This document shows, piece after piece, positions 18,612 to 28,801 of a stretch of DNA of 64,000 bases. The notes beneath the pieces are model-generated. The model worked only from the letters and a program-made list of their open reading frames with translations, was not told the DNA's origin and did no database searches. Position 1 is the first letter of the stretch; the number at the start of each line of letters is the position of its first letter. A program made the position numbers and the translations under genes. Source of the stretch: Synechococcus sp. (GTDB lineage Bacteria > Cyanobacteriota > Cyanobacteriia > Thermostichales > PCC-7336); assembly GCA_051439605.1 (NCBI GenBank), contig JBFRWN010000065.1, forward strand, positions 1 through 64,000, in the 5' to 3' direction.

Positions 18612-19589
18612 TTAACCTGCAGATCGGCCACCCCCCATCAAGTACAGCAGCGCCATCCTGACCGCTACGCCGCTGGTCACCTGCTGCTCGATCAGGCTGA
18701 TGGAGGGATCTTCCATCAAATCAGAACTCAGCTCTACGCCTCGATTGACGGGACCAGGGTGCAGTAACCTTACCCCTGGATTGCACTGCTGCAGGCGATC
18801 GCGGGTGATGCCAAACAGGCGATGGTATTCTCGCAAACTGGGCAATAAATGACCCTCCATGCGTTCCTTCTGCAGCCGCAACGTCATCACGAAATCTGTC
18901 CCGACTAGGTGCTCGTCTAGGCTCCAATGCACTGGCACACCATAAGCCGCTTGAAATGCCGCCGGTAGCAAGGTGGGTGGGCCGATGAGGTGTACATCAG
19001 CTCCCGCTGTTTTCAAACTCCAAATATTCGATCGCGCCACCCGCGAATGGAGAATATCCCCCACAATCAAGATTTTCTTACCGGCCAGCAGAAGGGGATG
19101 GGGTTCCACCGAGTCTATATGGGTGCAGAGGGTAAACAGATCTAGCAGCGCTTGGGTAGGGTGAGCATGTTGACCGTCACCGGCATTGAGCACACCTACT
19201 CGCCCTGGAAGGCGCTCCATCTCGTCGGCGATCGCCTGGGGTACCCCTGCCTGTTTGTGGCGAATCACCATAATGTCGGTCCCCATCGCCCAAAAGGTAC
19301 GCGCGGTATCCAAGATGGTTTCCCCTTTGCTGAGGGAGGAAGTACCAGGGGAAAAATTAACGGTGTCGGCAGAGAGCCGCTTAGAGGCTAATTCGAAACT
19401 AGTGCGAGTGCGGGTTGAGGGCTCGAAGAAGAGATTGGCAATGACTTTTCCTTGCAGAGCTGGAACTTTACGATTGCGGCGGGAAAGCACCTCCCGAAAG
19501 CTAGCTGCCGTCCGCACTACCATCTCGTACTCGTCTGCGGTGAAATCTGCCAGCGAGAGGACATGTCGTCGCTGCCACTGTCCGCTCAT
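18612..19589 (-). CDS. pyrB: Aspartate carbamoyltransferase catalytic subunit
   Basis: [44 protein letters not shown]. Confidence 0.97.
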   Translation of the reverse strand: MSGQWQRRHVLSLADFTADEYEMVVRTAASFREVLSRRNRKVPALQGKVIANLFFEPSTRTRTSFELASKRLSADTVNFSPGTSSLSKGETILDTARTFWAMGTDIMVIRHKQAGVPQAIADEMERLPGRVGVLNAGDGQHAHPTQALLDLFTLCTHIDSVEPHPLLLAGKKILIVGDILHSRVARSNIWSLKTAGADVHLIGPPTLLPAAFQAAYGVPVHWSLDEHLVGTDFVMTLRLQKERMEGHLLPSLREYHRLFGITRDRLQQCNPGVRLLHPGPVNRGVELSSDLMEDPSISLIEQQVTSGVAVRMALLYLMGGGRSAG

Positions 19590-19905
19590 ACTGTCTCCTG
19601 CCGTGCCACACTGGATTGACTCTGAAATGAAGTGTAGCGAGACTGTCCCAACAGCAACAGCCAGCTAGCTCTAATTCATGATGCAGACTGTATTTCGTAC
19701 AGCCAAAAGACGGGTCGGGATAACCGTTTATATGCCGCTGCACCCTAATTCGAATTGCCTACGATCGCTCTAAAGGTGTATCCCAAAAAATTGTTAGGTT
19801 ACACAACCCTTTGCTATGCTTGGCAGATGTATGATTGTTTGCTCGAATGAGGGCAGATGGCGTAGCAAATCATTTACGGGTTTCCACTAACTAGGAGCTT
19901 TAAAC

Positions 19906-20790
19906 ATGGGGTCTAAGCCAGATTTTTTGTTTATTGGTGCGATGAAATCCGCCACAACTACGATTAGCTCTCAATTAGATGCACAGCCTGGCATCTTCAT
20001 GGTCAGCAAGCCCGACAAAGAAATTTACTACTTTAGCTACGATAATAACTACGAAAGGGGCATGGATTGGTACACCGCTCATTTCGACCCGGCTGAGTCG
20101 GGCGATATTTGCGGAGAAGCGGCAACCACCTATACCCAACTGCCTACCTACCCCAAAGCTGCGGAACGCCTCTACCAAGACTTGCCCGACGCAAAGCTGA
20201 TTTATCTCATGCGTCATCCGATCGATCGCCTCATCTCCCATTACATGCATGAGTACACAATGCGTACTATGTCTGTAGACATCAACGAAGCCATTCATCA
20301 ATATCCCAATCTGGTGGACTACAGCAAATACGCCATGCAGCTGAAGCCCTATATTGAAAGATTTAAACATCAGCAAATACTTCCTTCTTTCTTCGAGCGA
20401 ATTAAGTCCGAGCCTCAAGCTGAACTCGAACGAATTTGCCAGTTTATTGGTTATTCGGATACCCCCACATGGGACTTTGACATGAAGGCCAAAAACGCCT
20501 CGAACGAACGGGTCATGGAGGGGCCTATGATGGATTTTTTAAGGAAGTCTCCTGTCACTGCAGGTATTCGAGCCCTGTTGCCAAAAGGCTTAAAATTCAG
20601 CATGAGAAAAGCGCTTTCCCCTAACATCGAAAAACCTGTGATTTCGACCGAAAACATTGAATTTCTCAAGTCAGTCTTTGATGAAGATTTGGCCGAACTG
20701 GGCGCATGGATGGGATTAGAGCTATCCTGCGATACCTTCACCTCAGCCGTAACGGAGGGAGTTCCCAATTGGGCTGACGCCTATGTCTAG
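19906..20790 (+). CDS. Sulfotransferase family protein
   Basis: PAPS-binding motifs IGAMKSATTT and LMRHPIDRLISHY; AGGAG RBS. Confidence 0.88.
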   Translation: MGSKPDFLFIGAMKSATTTISSQLDAQPGIFMVSKPDKEIYYFSYDNNYERGMDWYTAHFDPAESGDICGEAATTYTQLPTYPKAAERLYQDLPDAKLIYLMRHPIDRLISHYMHEYTMRTMSVDINEAIHQYPNLVDYSKYAMQLKPYIERFKHQQILPSFFERIKSEPQAELERICQFIGYSDTPTWDFDMKAKNASNERVMEGPMMDFLRKSPVTAGIRALLPKGLKFSMRKALSPNIEKPVISTENIEFLKSVFDEDLAELGAWMGLELSCDTFTSAVTEGVPNWADAYV

Positions 20791-21066
20791 CTCGACCGCA
20801 GACTGCTGGCTCGATTCAGTGTTTTTATAAACGCTGAACGGTTGTTCGAGCGTTCCCAACGACAGGTTCTGCATATCCAGACTGGTTTCCATCAGCCCGG
20901 CATCTTGATGACGCTGGGCGAGGGTGTCACGTCCCGTACCGTTGCCACCGGATCTTGCGAACAATATTGAACTACCCGCAGAAACCCCATGGGAGCTGAC
21001 CGTAGAGGATGGATTTTAAGCAAGAGCTGCAAGATTAAAACACTCTTTAAAGCCCACAGATAGTTT

Positions 21067-21108
21067 GTTTCACGGGATACGTTCTGAGTGAAGTCGGTCG
21101 CGTATTCT
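21067..21108 (+). promoter_or_regulatory. Putative class II NtcA-activated promoter
   Basis: GTT-N8-TAC (21067-21080), exactly 22 nt, then TATTCT (TAN3T -10 box). Confidence 0.55.
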
Positions 21109-21189
21109 GCTGTCAACAGCATCCGCAATTTCCGAGTAACACTCCTGACCACCTCATACCTAGCATCGCTACCCGGACAGATCTTTTTT

Positions 21190-22359
21190 ATGGGTTTATC
21201 GTTTAAACCTACTCAGACATCAAACAACGCCACCCCTCAGCTCCGTCAGGGGCTAGAAGGGGGGGTGTCTCTGCGTGGTGTGACGAAACGGTACGGTGCG
21301 TTTACCGCCATTGAAAACATCGATTTAGAGATTGAACCCGGGGCTTACACCTGTTTGTTGGGACCGAGTGGCTGTGGCAAAACCACAACCTTGCGGTCGA
21401 TCGCCGGCCACGAGAGCGTCAGCGAAGGGGAAATCTGGATTGGCGATCGGCTGGTGAACGGGCTGCCCGCCGCCCAACGAAATACCGCTATGGTGTTTCA
21501 AAATTACGCTCTATTTCCCCACAAATCGGTGTGGGACAACATCGGGTTTGGCTTGAAAATGCGGCACGTTCCCAAGCAGGACCAGCAGCAAAGAATTGCA
21601 GAGGTGTTAGCCCTCGTCGATCTAGTAGAATTTGCCAAGCGCAAGCCGTTCCAGCTCAGCGGCGGGCAACAGCAGCGGGTGGCCCTTGCGCGGGCATTGG
21701 TGACGCGTCCTCAGGTGGTTTTGCTGGACGAGCCTTTGAGCGCTCTAGATGAGTCCCTGCGGGCGAGAACGCGAATGGAGCTGCGCAAATTGCAGAAGCA
21801 GTTTGGAATGACGTTCATTCAAGTCACTCACTCGCAGGACGAAGCGTTTTCCCTTTCCGATCGCGTTGTGGTGATGGATCGAGGACGAATCGATCAGGTG
21901 GGTACCCCCAGCGACATTTTTAATCGGCCTGCGTCTCGGTTTGTGGCCCGCTTTGTGGGGGACAACAACATCATGGTTGGCCAGGTGGTGCGGGTCTGCC
22001 ACGGCAGCAGGGGGTCAGAGATCTGTCTCGACATCGATGGTATCGGTAGGCTGGTCTGTCGGGGTAATGCGGCCTCTGTCGGAGACCGGGCAGCCTGCTG
22101 CATTCGGGGCGATCGCCTGCACCTTATAGAAGCAGAAGCATCCCCCAATGTGGAAGCCTTGCCGAATCGGGTGCAAGCGCGGATTAGCTCCGTTGAATTT
22201 ACAGGGTTTGTCAGTCGTGTATCGCTAATTGTAGAAGGAGGAAACTGCGAGTTTTTATACAAAGTTCGCACTGACGATTGGATGCGGTTTGGATACCAAG
22301 AGGGTCAAAGCATCTCCCTTGGCTGGACCGCTGAAGATTGTATTTTTCTCTCCCACTGA
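21190..22359 (+). CDS. PotA-like ABC transporter ATP-binding protein
   Basis: GPSGCGKTT, LSGGQQQRVALARAL, LLDEPLSALD, C-terminal TOBE-like region. Confidence 0.92.
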   Translation: MGLSFKPTQTSNNATPQLRQGLEGGVSLRGVTKRYGAFTAIENIDLEIEPGAYTCLLGPSGCGKTTTLRSIAGHESVSEGEIWIGDRLVNGLPAAQRNTAMVFQNYALFPHKSVWDNIGFGLKMRHVPKQDQQQRIAEVLALVDLVEFAKRKPFQLSGGQQQRVALARALVTRPQVVLLDEPLSALDESLRARTRMELRKLQKQFGMTFIQVTHSQDEAFSLSDRVVVMDRGRIDQVGTPSDIFNRPASRFVARFVGDNNIMVGQVVRVCHGSRGSEICLDIDGIGRLVCRGNAASVGDRAACCIRGDRLHLIEAEASPNVEALPNRVQARISSVEFTGFVSRVSLIVEGGNCEFLYKVRTDDWMRFGYQEGQSISLGWTAEDCIFLSH

Positions 22360-22443
22360 TTGGAGGAACCACTGGCAAGATTGCGATCGGCATTGCCCAC
22401 AAATGCCGGCCCCCTCAACCATCCATATTGGGTAGGAGTGAAT

Positions 22444-23751
22444 ATGTCGAAACTCACGCGCCGCCGTCTCTTACAAACCGGTCTTGCTGCCGGGTCGATG
22501 CTAGCGGCCAAAGGGTTTTCAAATAACCCAGTGACTGCAGAACCCACCTCTAGCAAAGGGCCCATCATCATCGCCAATAAAATTAGCGATGTAACGCTGC
22601 GTTTCATTGGCACCGGGGTGTCCCAAACCAAAGGGATTAAAGAAAAGATCGAAGAGGACTTGGGGTTCAAAGTGGAGATGACTCCACTGAGCACCGATGA
22701 CAATAACCGCAAGGCAATTCAGCAGCCCAAGCAATGGGACATTTTTGATGGCGAATATTTCAGCCTGCCGTTGGTGATTCCCTCAGGCAATATTCAACCG
22801 ATTGACGTCAACAAGATTTCGCAGTTTGACAAGATTGTCCCCTTCTTCACCACCGGCAAATTTGACGGCATGCCAGTGGAGATCTCGCAGGGAACTGCTC
22901 CTTTCAAGGTTATGTACGTGACCGGTCCAGATTCGAGCGAATTTGCCAGCGGACAAACCGATTACGCCACGCTGCTGCCCTTCCAATACAACGCCGATAC
23001 CCTCGGTTGGCGTCCGGACTTGGTGGGAACGGAAATCACCTCTTGGGCACAGCTATTTGACGAGCAATTTAAGGGTAAAACCTCCATTCTCGATATCCCT
23101 TCCATCGGCATCATGGATGCGGCCATGGTGATTGAAGCCACCGGCCTCATGACCTTTGGTGACAAAGGCAACATGACGAAAGCAGAGCTGGATGAAGTCA
23201 CCAAGATCCTGATCGAGCAAAAACGCAATGGTCAATTCCGTGCCTTTTGGAAGTCATTTGATGAGTCCGTTAATTTAATGGCTCAGGGGGAAGTGATTTT
23301 GCAATCCATGTGGTCACCAGCGGTGACGGCGGTGCGGGCCAGAGGTCTGGAGTGCCAGTACGGTCCTCTAAAAGAGGGCTACCGTGGCTGGGGCGGTGGT
23401 GTTGGCCTCTCCAAGAACCTATCGGGAATCGAGCTGGATGCCGCTTACGAGTACCTCAACTGGATGATGGATGGATGGCTTGGGGCCTATTTGGGTCGCC
23501 AGGGCTATTACAGCGCTGCGCCTGAAAATTCCCGTCAGTTCATGGAGCCCTACGAGTGGGACTTCTGGTACGAAGGGAAGCCTGCTGCTCAGGATATCGT
23601 CGATCCCTTCGGCACTAAAATTGCGGATGCTGGTGTGGTACGCGATGGCGGTGCCTTTGCGGAACGAGTGGGCAATATTGTCTGCTGGAACTCCGTGATG
23701 GACGAGCAATCCTACTTGGTTCAAAAGTGGAATGAGTTTATTGCTGCCTAA
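22444..23751 (+). CDS. PotD/PotF-family substrate-binding protein with Tat signal
   Basis: AGGAG RBS; twin-arginine signal SKLTRRRLLQ; YNADTLG, QSMWSPAV, KEGYRGW. Confidence 0.85.
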   Translation: MSKLTRRRLLQTGLAAGSMLAAKGFSNNPVTAEPTSSKGPIIIANKISDVTLRFIGTGVSQTKGIKEKIEEDLGFKVEMTPLSTDDNNRKAIQQPKQWDIFDGEYFSLPLVIPSGNIQPIDVNKISQFDKIVPFFTTGKFDGMPVEISQGTAPFKVMYVTGPDSSEFASGQTDYATLLPFQYNADTLGWRPDLVGTEITSWAQLFDEQFKGKTSILDIPSIGIMDAAMVIEATGLMTFGDKGNMTKAELDEVTKILIEQKRNGQFRAFWKSFDESVNLMAQGEVILQSMWSPAVTAVRARGLECQYGPLKEGYRGWGGGVGLSKNLSGIELDAAYEYLNWMMDGWLGAYLGRQGYYSAAPENSRQFMEPYEWDFWYEGKPAAQDIVDPFGTKIADAGVVRDGGAFAERVGNIVCWNSVMDEQSYLVQKWNEFIAA

Positions 23752-23970
23752 CTTCTGTTGGAAAGTCTCATAGACATTCGGGTGCAGGGGGACGTTGTAA
23801 GCTCCTCCCCACAGCAACTGTATTAACGGTCTGGGGTACGGAATCGGTGAGCCCTGCCCCAGATATTGTTCAGTTTCGCGATCGCTCTTAGCTCATCTAC
23901 CGCTGAGTGCTTTTTAGGTCTACCCAATCGGGTTAACGTTCAGACCAAACGACTGTCACACCGTTCATCC

Positions 23971-24828
23971 ATGCCGAAACTGCCCCCTAAAGTTCTGCCC
24001 TACCTGCTGGTGCTGCCCCAGCTATTGGTGCTGCTGGTTTTTCTGGTCCTGCCGATCTCTCTTATCGCGATCGTCAGCTTCTGGCAATTCAACGGCTATT
24101 CCATGTCGGCAGCCTTCTCGCCAGGCAACTACATCAACATTTTCACTACCCGAGTTTACCTCGACACCTATCTCAATACCCTCAAGTTTGTCAGTTTGAT
24201 TTGGGGGGCTTGTCTCCTGATTGCGTATCCGGCGGCTTACTTCCTCGCCTTCTACATCAAAAGCTTTAAGTGGCAACTGTTCTGGTTTATTGTCTGCACC
24301 ATTCCCTTTTTCACCTCCAACATCATCCGCATGATTTCCTGGATTCCTTTATTGGGGCGGGAGGGGCTAGTGAATCAGGTTTTGCTCGGGCTAAACATCA
24401 TTCAACAACCGCTCGAACAGCTCTTATTCTCAGACTTTGCAGTCGTACTGGCCCTCGTGCATTTGTACGTGTTGTTCATGGTGGTGCCAATCTTTAACAG
24501 CCTGATCCGCATCGATCCCACACTCATTTCAGCCGCTAAAGATTTGGGGGCTTCGGGATTCGAGGTGTTTCGAGAGGTGATCTTGCCGCTATCGCGACCT
24601 GGCATTGCCATCGGGTCGATTTTTGTGGTGACCCTGGTAATGGGAGAGTTTATCACTGTCCGCTGGATGGGGGGAGGGCAATCCTCGTCAGTCGGCTATT
24701 TAATCAGCAATCAAATTGGCAGCCTGCAGTATCCGCTAGCATCTGCTAACGCCATGGTTTTGCTGGCTGTGACCACGATTTTTGTGGCTGGAATTCTGCG
24801 GCTGGTGGATATCCGCAAACAGCTATAG
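23971..24828 (+). CDS. PotB-like ABC permease
   Basis: Multi-TM; EAA-like loop AAKDLGAS.FEVFREVILPL. Confidence 0.88.
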   Translation: MPKLPPKVLPYLLVLPQLLVLLVFLVLPISLIAIVSFWQFNGYSMSAAFSPGNYINIFTTRVYLDTYLNTLKFVSLIWGACLLIAYPAAYFLAFYIKSFKWQLFWFIVCTIPFFTSNIIRMISWIPLLGREGLVNQVLLGLNIIQQPLEQLLFSDFAVVLALVHLYVLFMVVPIFNSLIRIDPTLISAAKDLGASGFEVFREVILPLSRPGIAIGSIFVVTLVMGEFITVRWMGGGQSSSVGYLISNQIGSLQYPLASANAMVLLAVTTIFVAGILRLVDIRKQL

Positions 24829-24881
24829 GGCAATCGCCCACTTCCGTTCGCGCAAGTATTCTCCATTGGGCCAACCTGTCT

Positions 24882-25700
24882 ATGTCTTCCTCTTCCCACA
24901 AACCAATATCTTTCTTCGTGCTGTCAGCCTTTTTCGGCCTGTTCGTGTTGTTTCTCTACGGCCCCATGCTGGCTATTTTCACCCTCTCCCTGCAGGGTCC
25001 CGAAGGGTCCCTTACCTTCCCGATGCGGGGATTTGGTTTCGACTGGTTGTCCGGAGTGTTTGAGGATCAGATTGTTGGGAATTTTATCGAGCCTTTTGGA
25101 CGATCGCTGCTGCTGGGCGTGATGGTGGCGGCGTTGACGGTGGCGATCGCGCTTTCGGCGGGCCTAGCCTTCCGCAAAGCGTTTTTTGGGGCAACGCCGT
25201 TGTTTTACCTAACCATTGCTAGCCTAATTGTTCCTGGCATTCTATTGTCGCTGGGAATTGGCTTGTTATTTGAACTGTCGGGTCTAGAAATTCAGTGGTA
25301 CTCTTCAGCGCTGGCGGGCCATTTAACCTGGACGTTGCCGTTTGCTTTTCTGATTATCATTGGCATCTTCAATCGCTTTAATCCGTATTACGAAGAAGCA
25401 GCCAGGGATTTGGGTGCCAGCCGGTTTGCAACCTTCCGCGAAATTGTACTGCCGTTAATTGCCCCCAGCCTGATTGGGGTGGCCATTCTCAGCTTTACCC
25501 TGTCCTATGACGAGTTCACCCGCACGTCTTTAATTTCTGGAGAAAGCAATACCCTGCCCCTAGAAATCTTTGCCATGACCACCAACGTGACTACTCCCGC
25601 CATCTACGCACTGGGCACCGTCACCACGCTGGTGTCTTTTGGAATGGTGGGACTGGCGATCGCCTCTTACCAATATTTCACTCGACGGCGAGGGAGGTAG
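24882..25700 (+). CDS. PotC-like ABC permease
   Basis: EEAARDLGAS..ATFREIVLPL, FTLSYDEF, TLPLEIF. Confidence 0.9.
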   Translation: MSSSSHKPISFFVLSAFFGLFVLFLYGPMLAIFTLSLQGPEGSLTFPMRGFGFDWLSGVFEDQIVGNFIEPFGRSLLLGVMVAALTVAIALSAGLAFRKAFFGATPLFYLTIASLIVPGILLSLGIGLLFELSGLEIQWYSSALAGHLTWTLPFAFLIIIGIFNRFNPYYEEAARDLGASRFATFREIVLPLIAPSLIGVAILSFTLSYDEFTRTSLISGESNTLPLEIFAMTTNVTTPAIYALGTVTTLVSFGMVGLAIASYQYFTRRRGR

Positions 25701-25813
25701 TGAATATAGTTATGGCCATTTCAGTTCAATCCAACCCGGTAATGTCTAGTCGGGATTCGGGAGATCTGTCATGTCCTCTGCGACTTGACAGTCGCTATAA
25801 ATAGAACAAAGGC

Positions 25814-26170
25814 TTAAACCTTGGCGTCCATGTGCCGCAACCATTCAGACAGCATCTTCATCATGTCGATGGCAAAGTAAGGGGTTTCCTGAACGAGAAA
25901 CAAGAACTCTTTACGATCCAGTATGGCGAGACGACACTCTTCTAACGCAACTGCGGAAGCACTTCTAGGTTTGGCATCAATGAACGCCATAATGCCTAAA
26001 ACTTCGCCTGGCTGGGCAACATGAACCGATTTTTGGTTGACTTGAACATCTACCCTGCCTTCCAGCAGAACGTAGCAAATTTCCCCAGGTTCCCCTTGTT
26101 GGAAAATCGTCTGACCGCTTGTGAAAGTATGAATTTTTTTGGATGTCTGAAAGAAGTCAACGAGATTCAT
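25814..26170 (-). CDS. Stand-alone cyclic-nucleotide-binding domain protein
   Basis: IFQQGEPG..YVLLEG.V, GEVLG.MA...PRSASA; no HTH. Confidence 0.88.
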   Translation of the reverse strand: MNLVDFFQTSKKIHTFTSGQTIFQQGEPGEICYVLLEGRVDVQVNQKSVHVAQPGEVLGIMAFIDAKPRSASAVALEECRLAILDRKEFLFLVQETPYFAIDMMKMLSEWLRHMDAKV

Positions 26171-26411
26171 ATCGGAAAGCCATCAACGATTCAAGCGTTC
26201 TCTTGAGACTATCGCGTGATTGAAGGGGAAACCAAGAAAAGCGATGGGTTCTAGCTGCCACCACTTGATGAAGGTTCTATCAGCCGAACTATCCCCACTG
26301 ACTTCAGATCGAGCTCCCCGATCTGGAATAGCCAATTCCCAAGGCAAGTGACCCATCCAGAAGAAGATAGCTCCTCCCATATTGATTCAGTAATTCATCA
26401 GCTCCATAGAT

Positions 26412-26450
26412 AAAGAGGCCAGCCCAAGCAACTGCAGGACTGGCCTCTTT
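26412..26450. terminator. Terminator hairpin after the DUF3155 gene
   Basis: AAAGAGGCCAG...CTGGCCTCTTT inverted repeat. Confidence 0.6.
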
Positions 26451-26502
26451 AACTGATTTATCACTAGTTGTAGGTAAACCCACCTACACAGCGAAGCTCG
26501 GA

Positions 26503-26808
26503 CTATCGACCAGCCGCAACAGGCTCGTCAGAAATCAGCGATCGCAAGCTGGGGAAAAGGAAATGGTTCTCTTCAACATACTGAGCACCAAACAGACCTT
26601 TCTCAGCCCAGAAGAACCGATCGACAGTATGCTCGTTACGGCGAACCAACAGCAATGCCGGTGGGGTAATCCCATTGGCTGCAATATAGTTACGCGCAGC
26701 AGTTACTGGCTTTTCACTTCCACTATCTAGACTGACCTGGGGGATAAGCTCCAGGATTTTTCGCCCTTCTTGTCTACGGCGACTTTTGCGCTTTCGTCTT
26801 CTAGCCAA
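26503..26808 (-). CDS. DUF3155 family protein
   Basis: GGGAGG RBS + TTG; ARRRKRKSRRR.EGR.ILE, KPVTAAR, RRNEHT.DRFFWAEKGLFGAQY.EENHFLFPSL. Confidence 0.85.
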   Translation of the reverse strand: MARRRKRKSRRRQEGRKILELIPQVSLDSGSEKPVTAARNYIAANGITPPALLLVRRNEHTVDRFFWAEKGLFGAQYVEENHFLFPSLRSLISDEPVAAGR

Positions 26809-27179
26809 AGAAAGCCTCCCAGGGATGTTAACAAATTGATAAGGCACGCGGCAGTACCGTAACGTTCTGTGACGTCGGATACATAAGCCGCCCGAATTAT
26901 AGCGATTTTGCCTTGAAAAAGCAATTACCTTTATCACGTGATGCGGATCAATCTCGATTTGTTAACGTTTTTTTTGCTTCCAATCGAATTTTGTATCAAA
27001 TTTGTAACAAGGGTGCTGCTGTGTCACGTTGATAGCCGTTGGGATCTGCTAAGAAGAGTAAGATTACGCTACCCACTGAGAAGTCTCGACTCTTAAGATT
27101 GAGGCAATTATTCCAAATTTGCGCCTCAACCAACATAGACCCAAACTGTCATATGCGCTACTAAACAGCAGGATTGCCC

Positions 27180-27422
27180 ATGTGTATTTGCATTCACTGT
27201 AATTTTGTTGATCGCTGCGAAACCTACCATGCCGTTGAAACCCAGCATCAGCAACCCCACCTCACCCAAACCCCGTCATTTGAGGCTGTGCGGCCACAAA
27301 TTAATGTCAATATCCGCAACAACGGGCAAGAGATGGAATGGGATGTAGTGGGATGCGACAGCTTTGTAGAGCACAAGGATAAGTGGGCCCGCCTGCGACC
27401 GGGAGAGGTCGTACCGACATAA
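27180..27422 (+). CDS. ycf34: Ycf34 family protein
   Basis: MCICIHC.FVDRC.TYHAVE.QH, P.INVNI, EWDVVGC.SF, W.RLRPG. Confidence 0.9.
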   Translation: MCICIHCNFVDRCETYHAVETQHQQPHLTQTPSFEAVRPQINVNIRNNGQEMEWDVVGCDSFVEHKDKWARLRPGEVVPT

Positions 27423-27730
27423 TTGTGCCGATATGAAAAAGGGATCGAGGAGTTAGCCGAACTGGGATATTCTATTTGATTGCTAGATGTGTCGGGCTGG
27501 TTGTCAGTCTTTTCGTCCGGTGGGATGATAATTGGGCTATTCCAGCTATAGCGATCGTCAAGTCGCTTCTGACATTTTAGCTATCCCAATCCATGACTGG
27601 GCATAGAGACTTGCGTCCTCACTAAAATGTCAAAGATTTATTATGACGGCGATTAATGGCGATAGGGTCTTTAATCATCGCCAGTTAACATAGATATTTT
27701 TGACCATACCCCCATTAGAAGAATCGTTCT

Positions 27731-28732
27731 ATGACCACTACTTCAGAGGCTCCGGTGCAGACCACGCGAGAACGCGTCAGTCAGTTTTTAAAATCCCTAC
27801 AAGACACTATCTGCGATACCCTCGAACAGCTAGATAAAGAAGCATCTTTTCAAGAGGATTCTTGGGTGCGCGAGGAAGGGGGCGGGGGTCGCTCTCGAGT
27901 GTTGACAGAAGGGCGAATTTTTGAAAAGGGTGGTGTCAACTTCTCGGAAGTAGAGGGCTCGAAGCTGCCGCCATCGATTATCAAGCAACGGCCAGAAGTG
28001 GAAGGACACGGATTCTATGCCACCGGTACTTCGCTAGTGATCCATCCCCGCAACCCTTACGTACCAACCGTTCACATGAACTACCGTTATTTTGAGGCGG
28101 GACCGGTTTGGTGGTTTGGTGGGGGAGCTGACTTGACCCCCTACTACCCGTTTCGGGAGGATGCAGCCCACTTTCACAAAACACTGAAGGGTGCCTGCGA
28201 TCGCCATCATGCAGATTACTATCGGGCATTCAAGTACTGGTGCGATCGCTACTTTTACTTGCCCCATCGAGGAGAGACGCGGGGGGTTGGTGGCCTGTTC
28301 TTTGACTATCAAGATGGTCGTCCAGGTCCATTGTGCAAATCTAGCGCCCCCAATATTGATGAAAGTATCGCTCAATTGTCGATTGGCGATCGCAGCTGGG
28401 AAGATATCTTTAGCTTTGTCCAAGATTGTGGCAATGCATTCTTACCCTCATACGTGCCCATCGTAGAACGGCGCCACGAGACCGAATATGGACATGCCGA
28501 GCGTCAATTCCAGCTCTACCGCCGGGGTCGTTACGTAGAATTTAACTTGGTCTACGACCGAGGAACTATTTTTGGATTGCAAACCAACGGCCGCACCGAA
28601 TCCATCCTGATGTCCTTACCGCCATTGGTGCGCTGGGAGTACGACTACCACCCGGAGCCAGGCACCCCCGAAGCAGAGCTCTACGAGGTGTTTCTAAAGC
28701 CCCAACCTTGGGCTACTGAAACCGTTAGCTAG
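27731..28732 (+). CDS. hemF: Oxygen-dependent coproporphyrinogen III oxidase
   Basis: [47 protein letters not shown]. Confidence 0.97.
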   Translation: MTTTSEAPVQTTRERVSQFLKSLQDTICDTLEQLDKEASFQEDSWVREEGGGGRSRVLTEGRIFEKGGVNFSEVEGSKLPPSIIKQRPEVEGHGFYATGTSLVIHPRNPYVPTVHMNYRYFEAGPVWWFGGGADLTPYYPFREDAAHFHKTLKGACDRHHADYYRAFKYWCDRYFYLPHRGETRGVGGLFFDYQDGRPGPLCKSSAPNIDESIAQLSIGDRSWEDIFSFVQDCGNAFLPSYVPIVERRHETEYGHAERQFQLYRRGRYVEFNLVYDRGTIFGLQTNGRTESILMSLPPLVRWEYDYHPEPGTPEAELYEVFLKPQPWATETVS

Positions 28733-28801
28733 GACGCTTCAAATCGAGATCCATGTCAGACCGACAAGGGATGTTTTTCTTGCAGAGGCCAACTTTTGCT
28801 T

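Noticed and set aside
26993..27010. TGTATCAAATTTGTAACA as an NtcA or HLR1 site
   Set aside because: Spacing is off by at least one base for both consensus motifs.
27640..27690. Overlapping GGCGAT/ATCGCC inverted repeats upstream of hemF
   Set aside because: Short and HIP1-like in sequence, so plausibly due to chance; no riboswitch consensus recognised.
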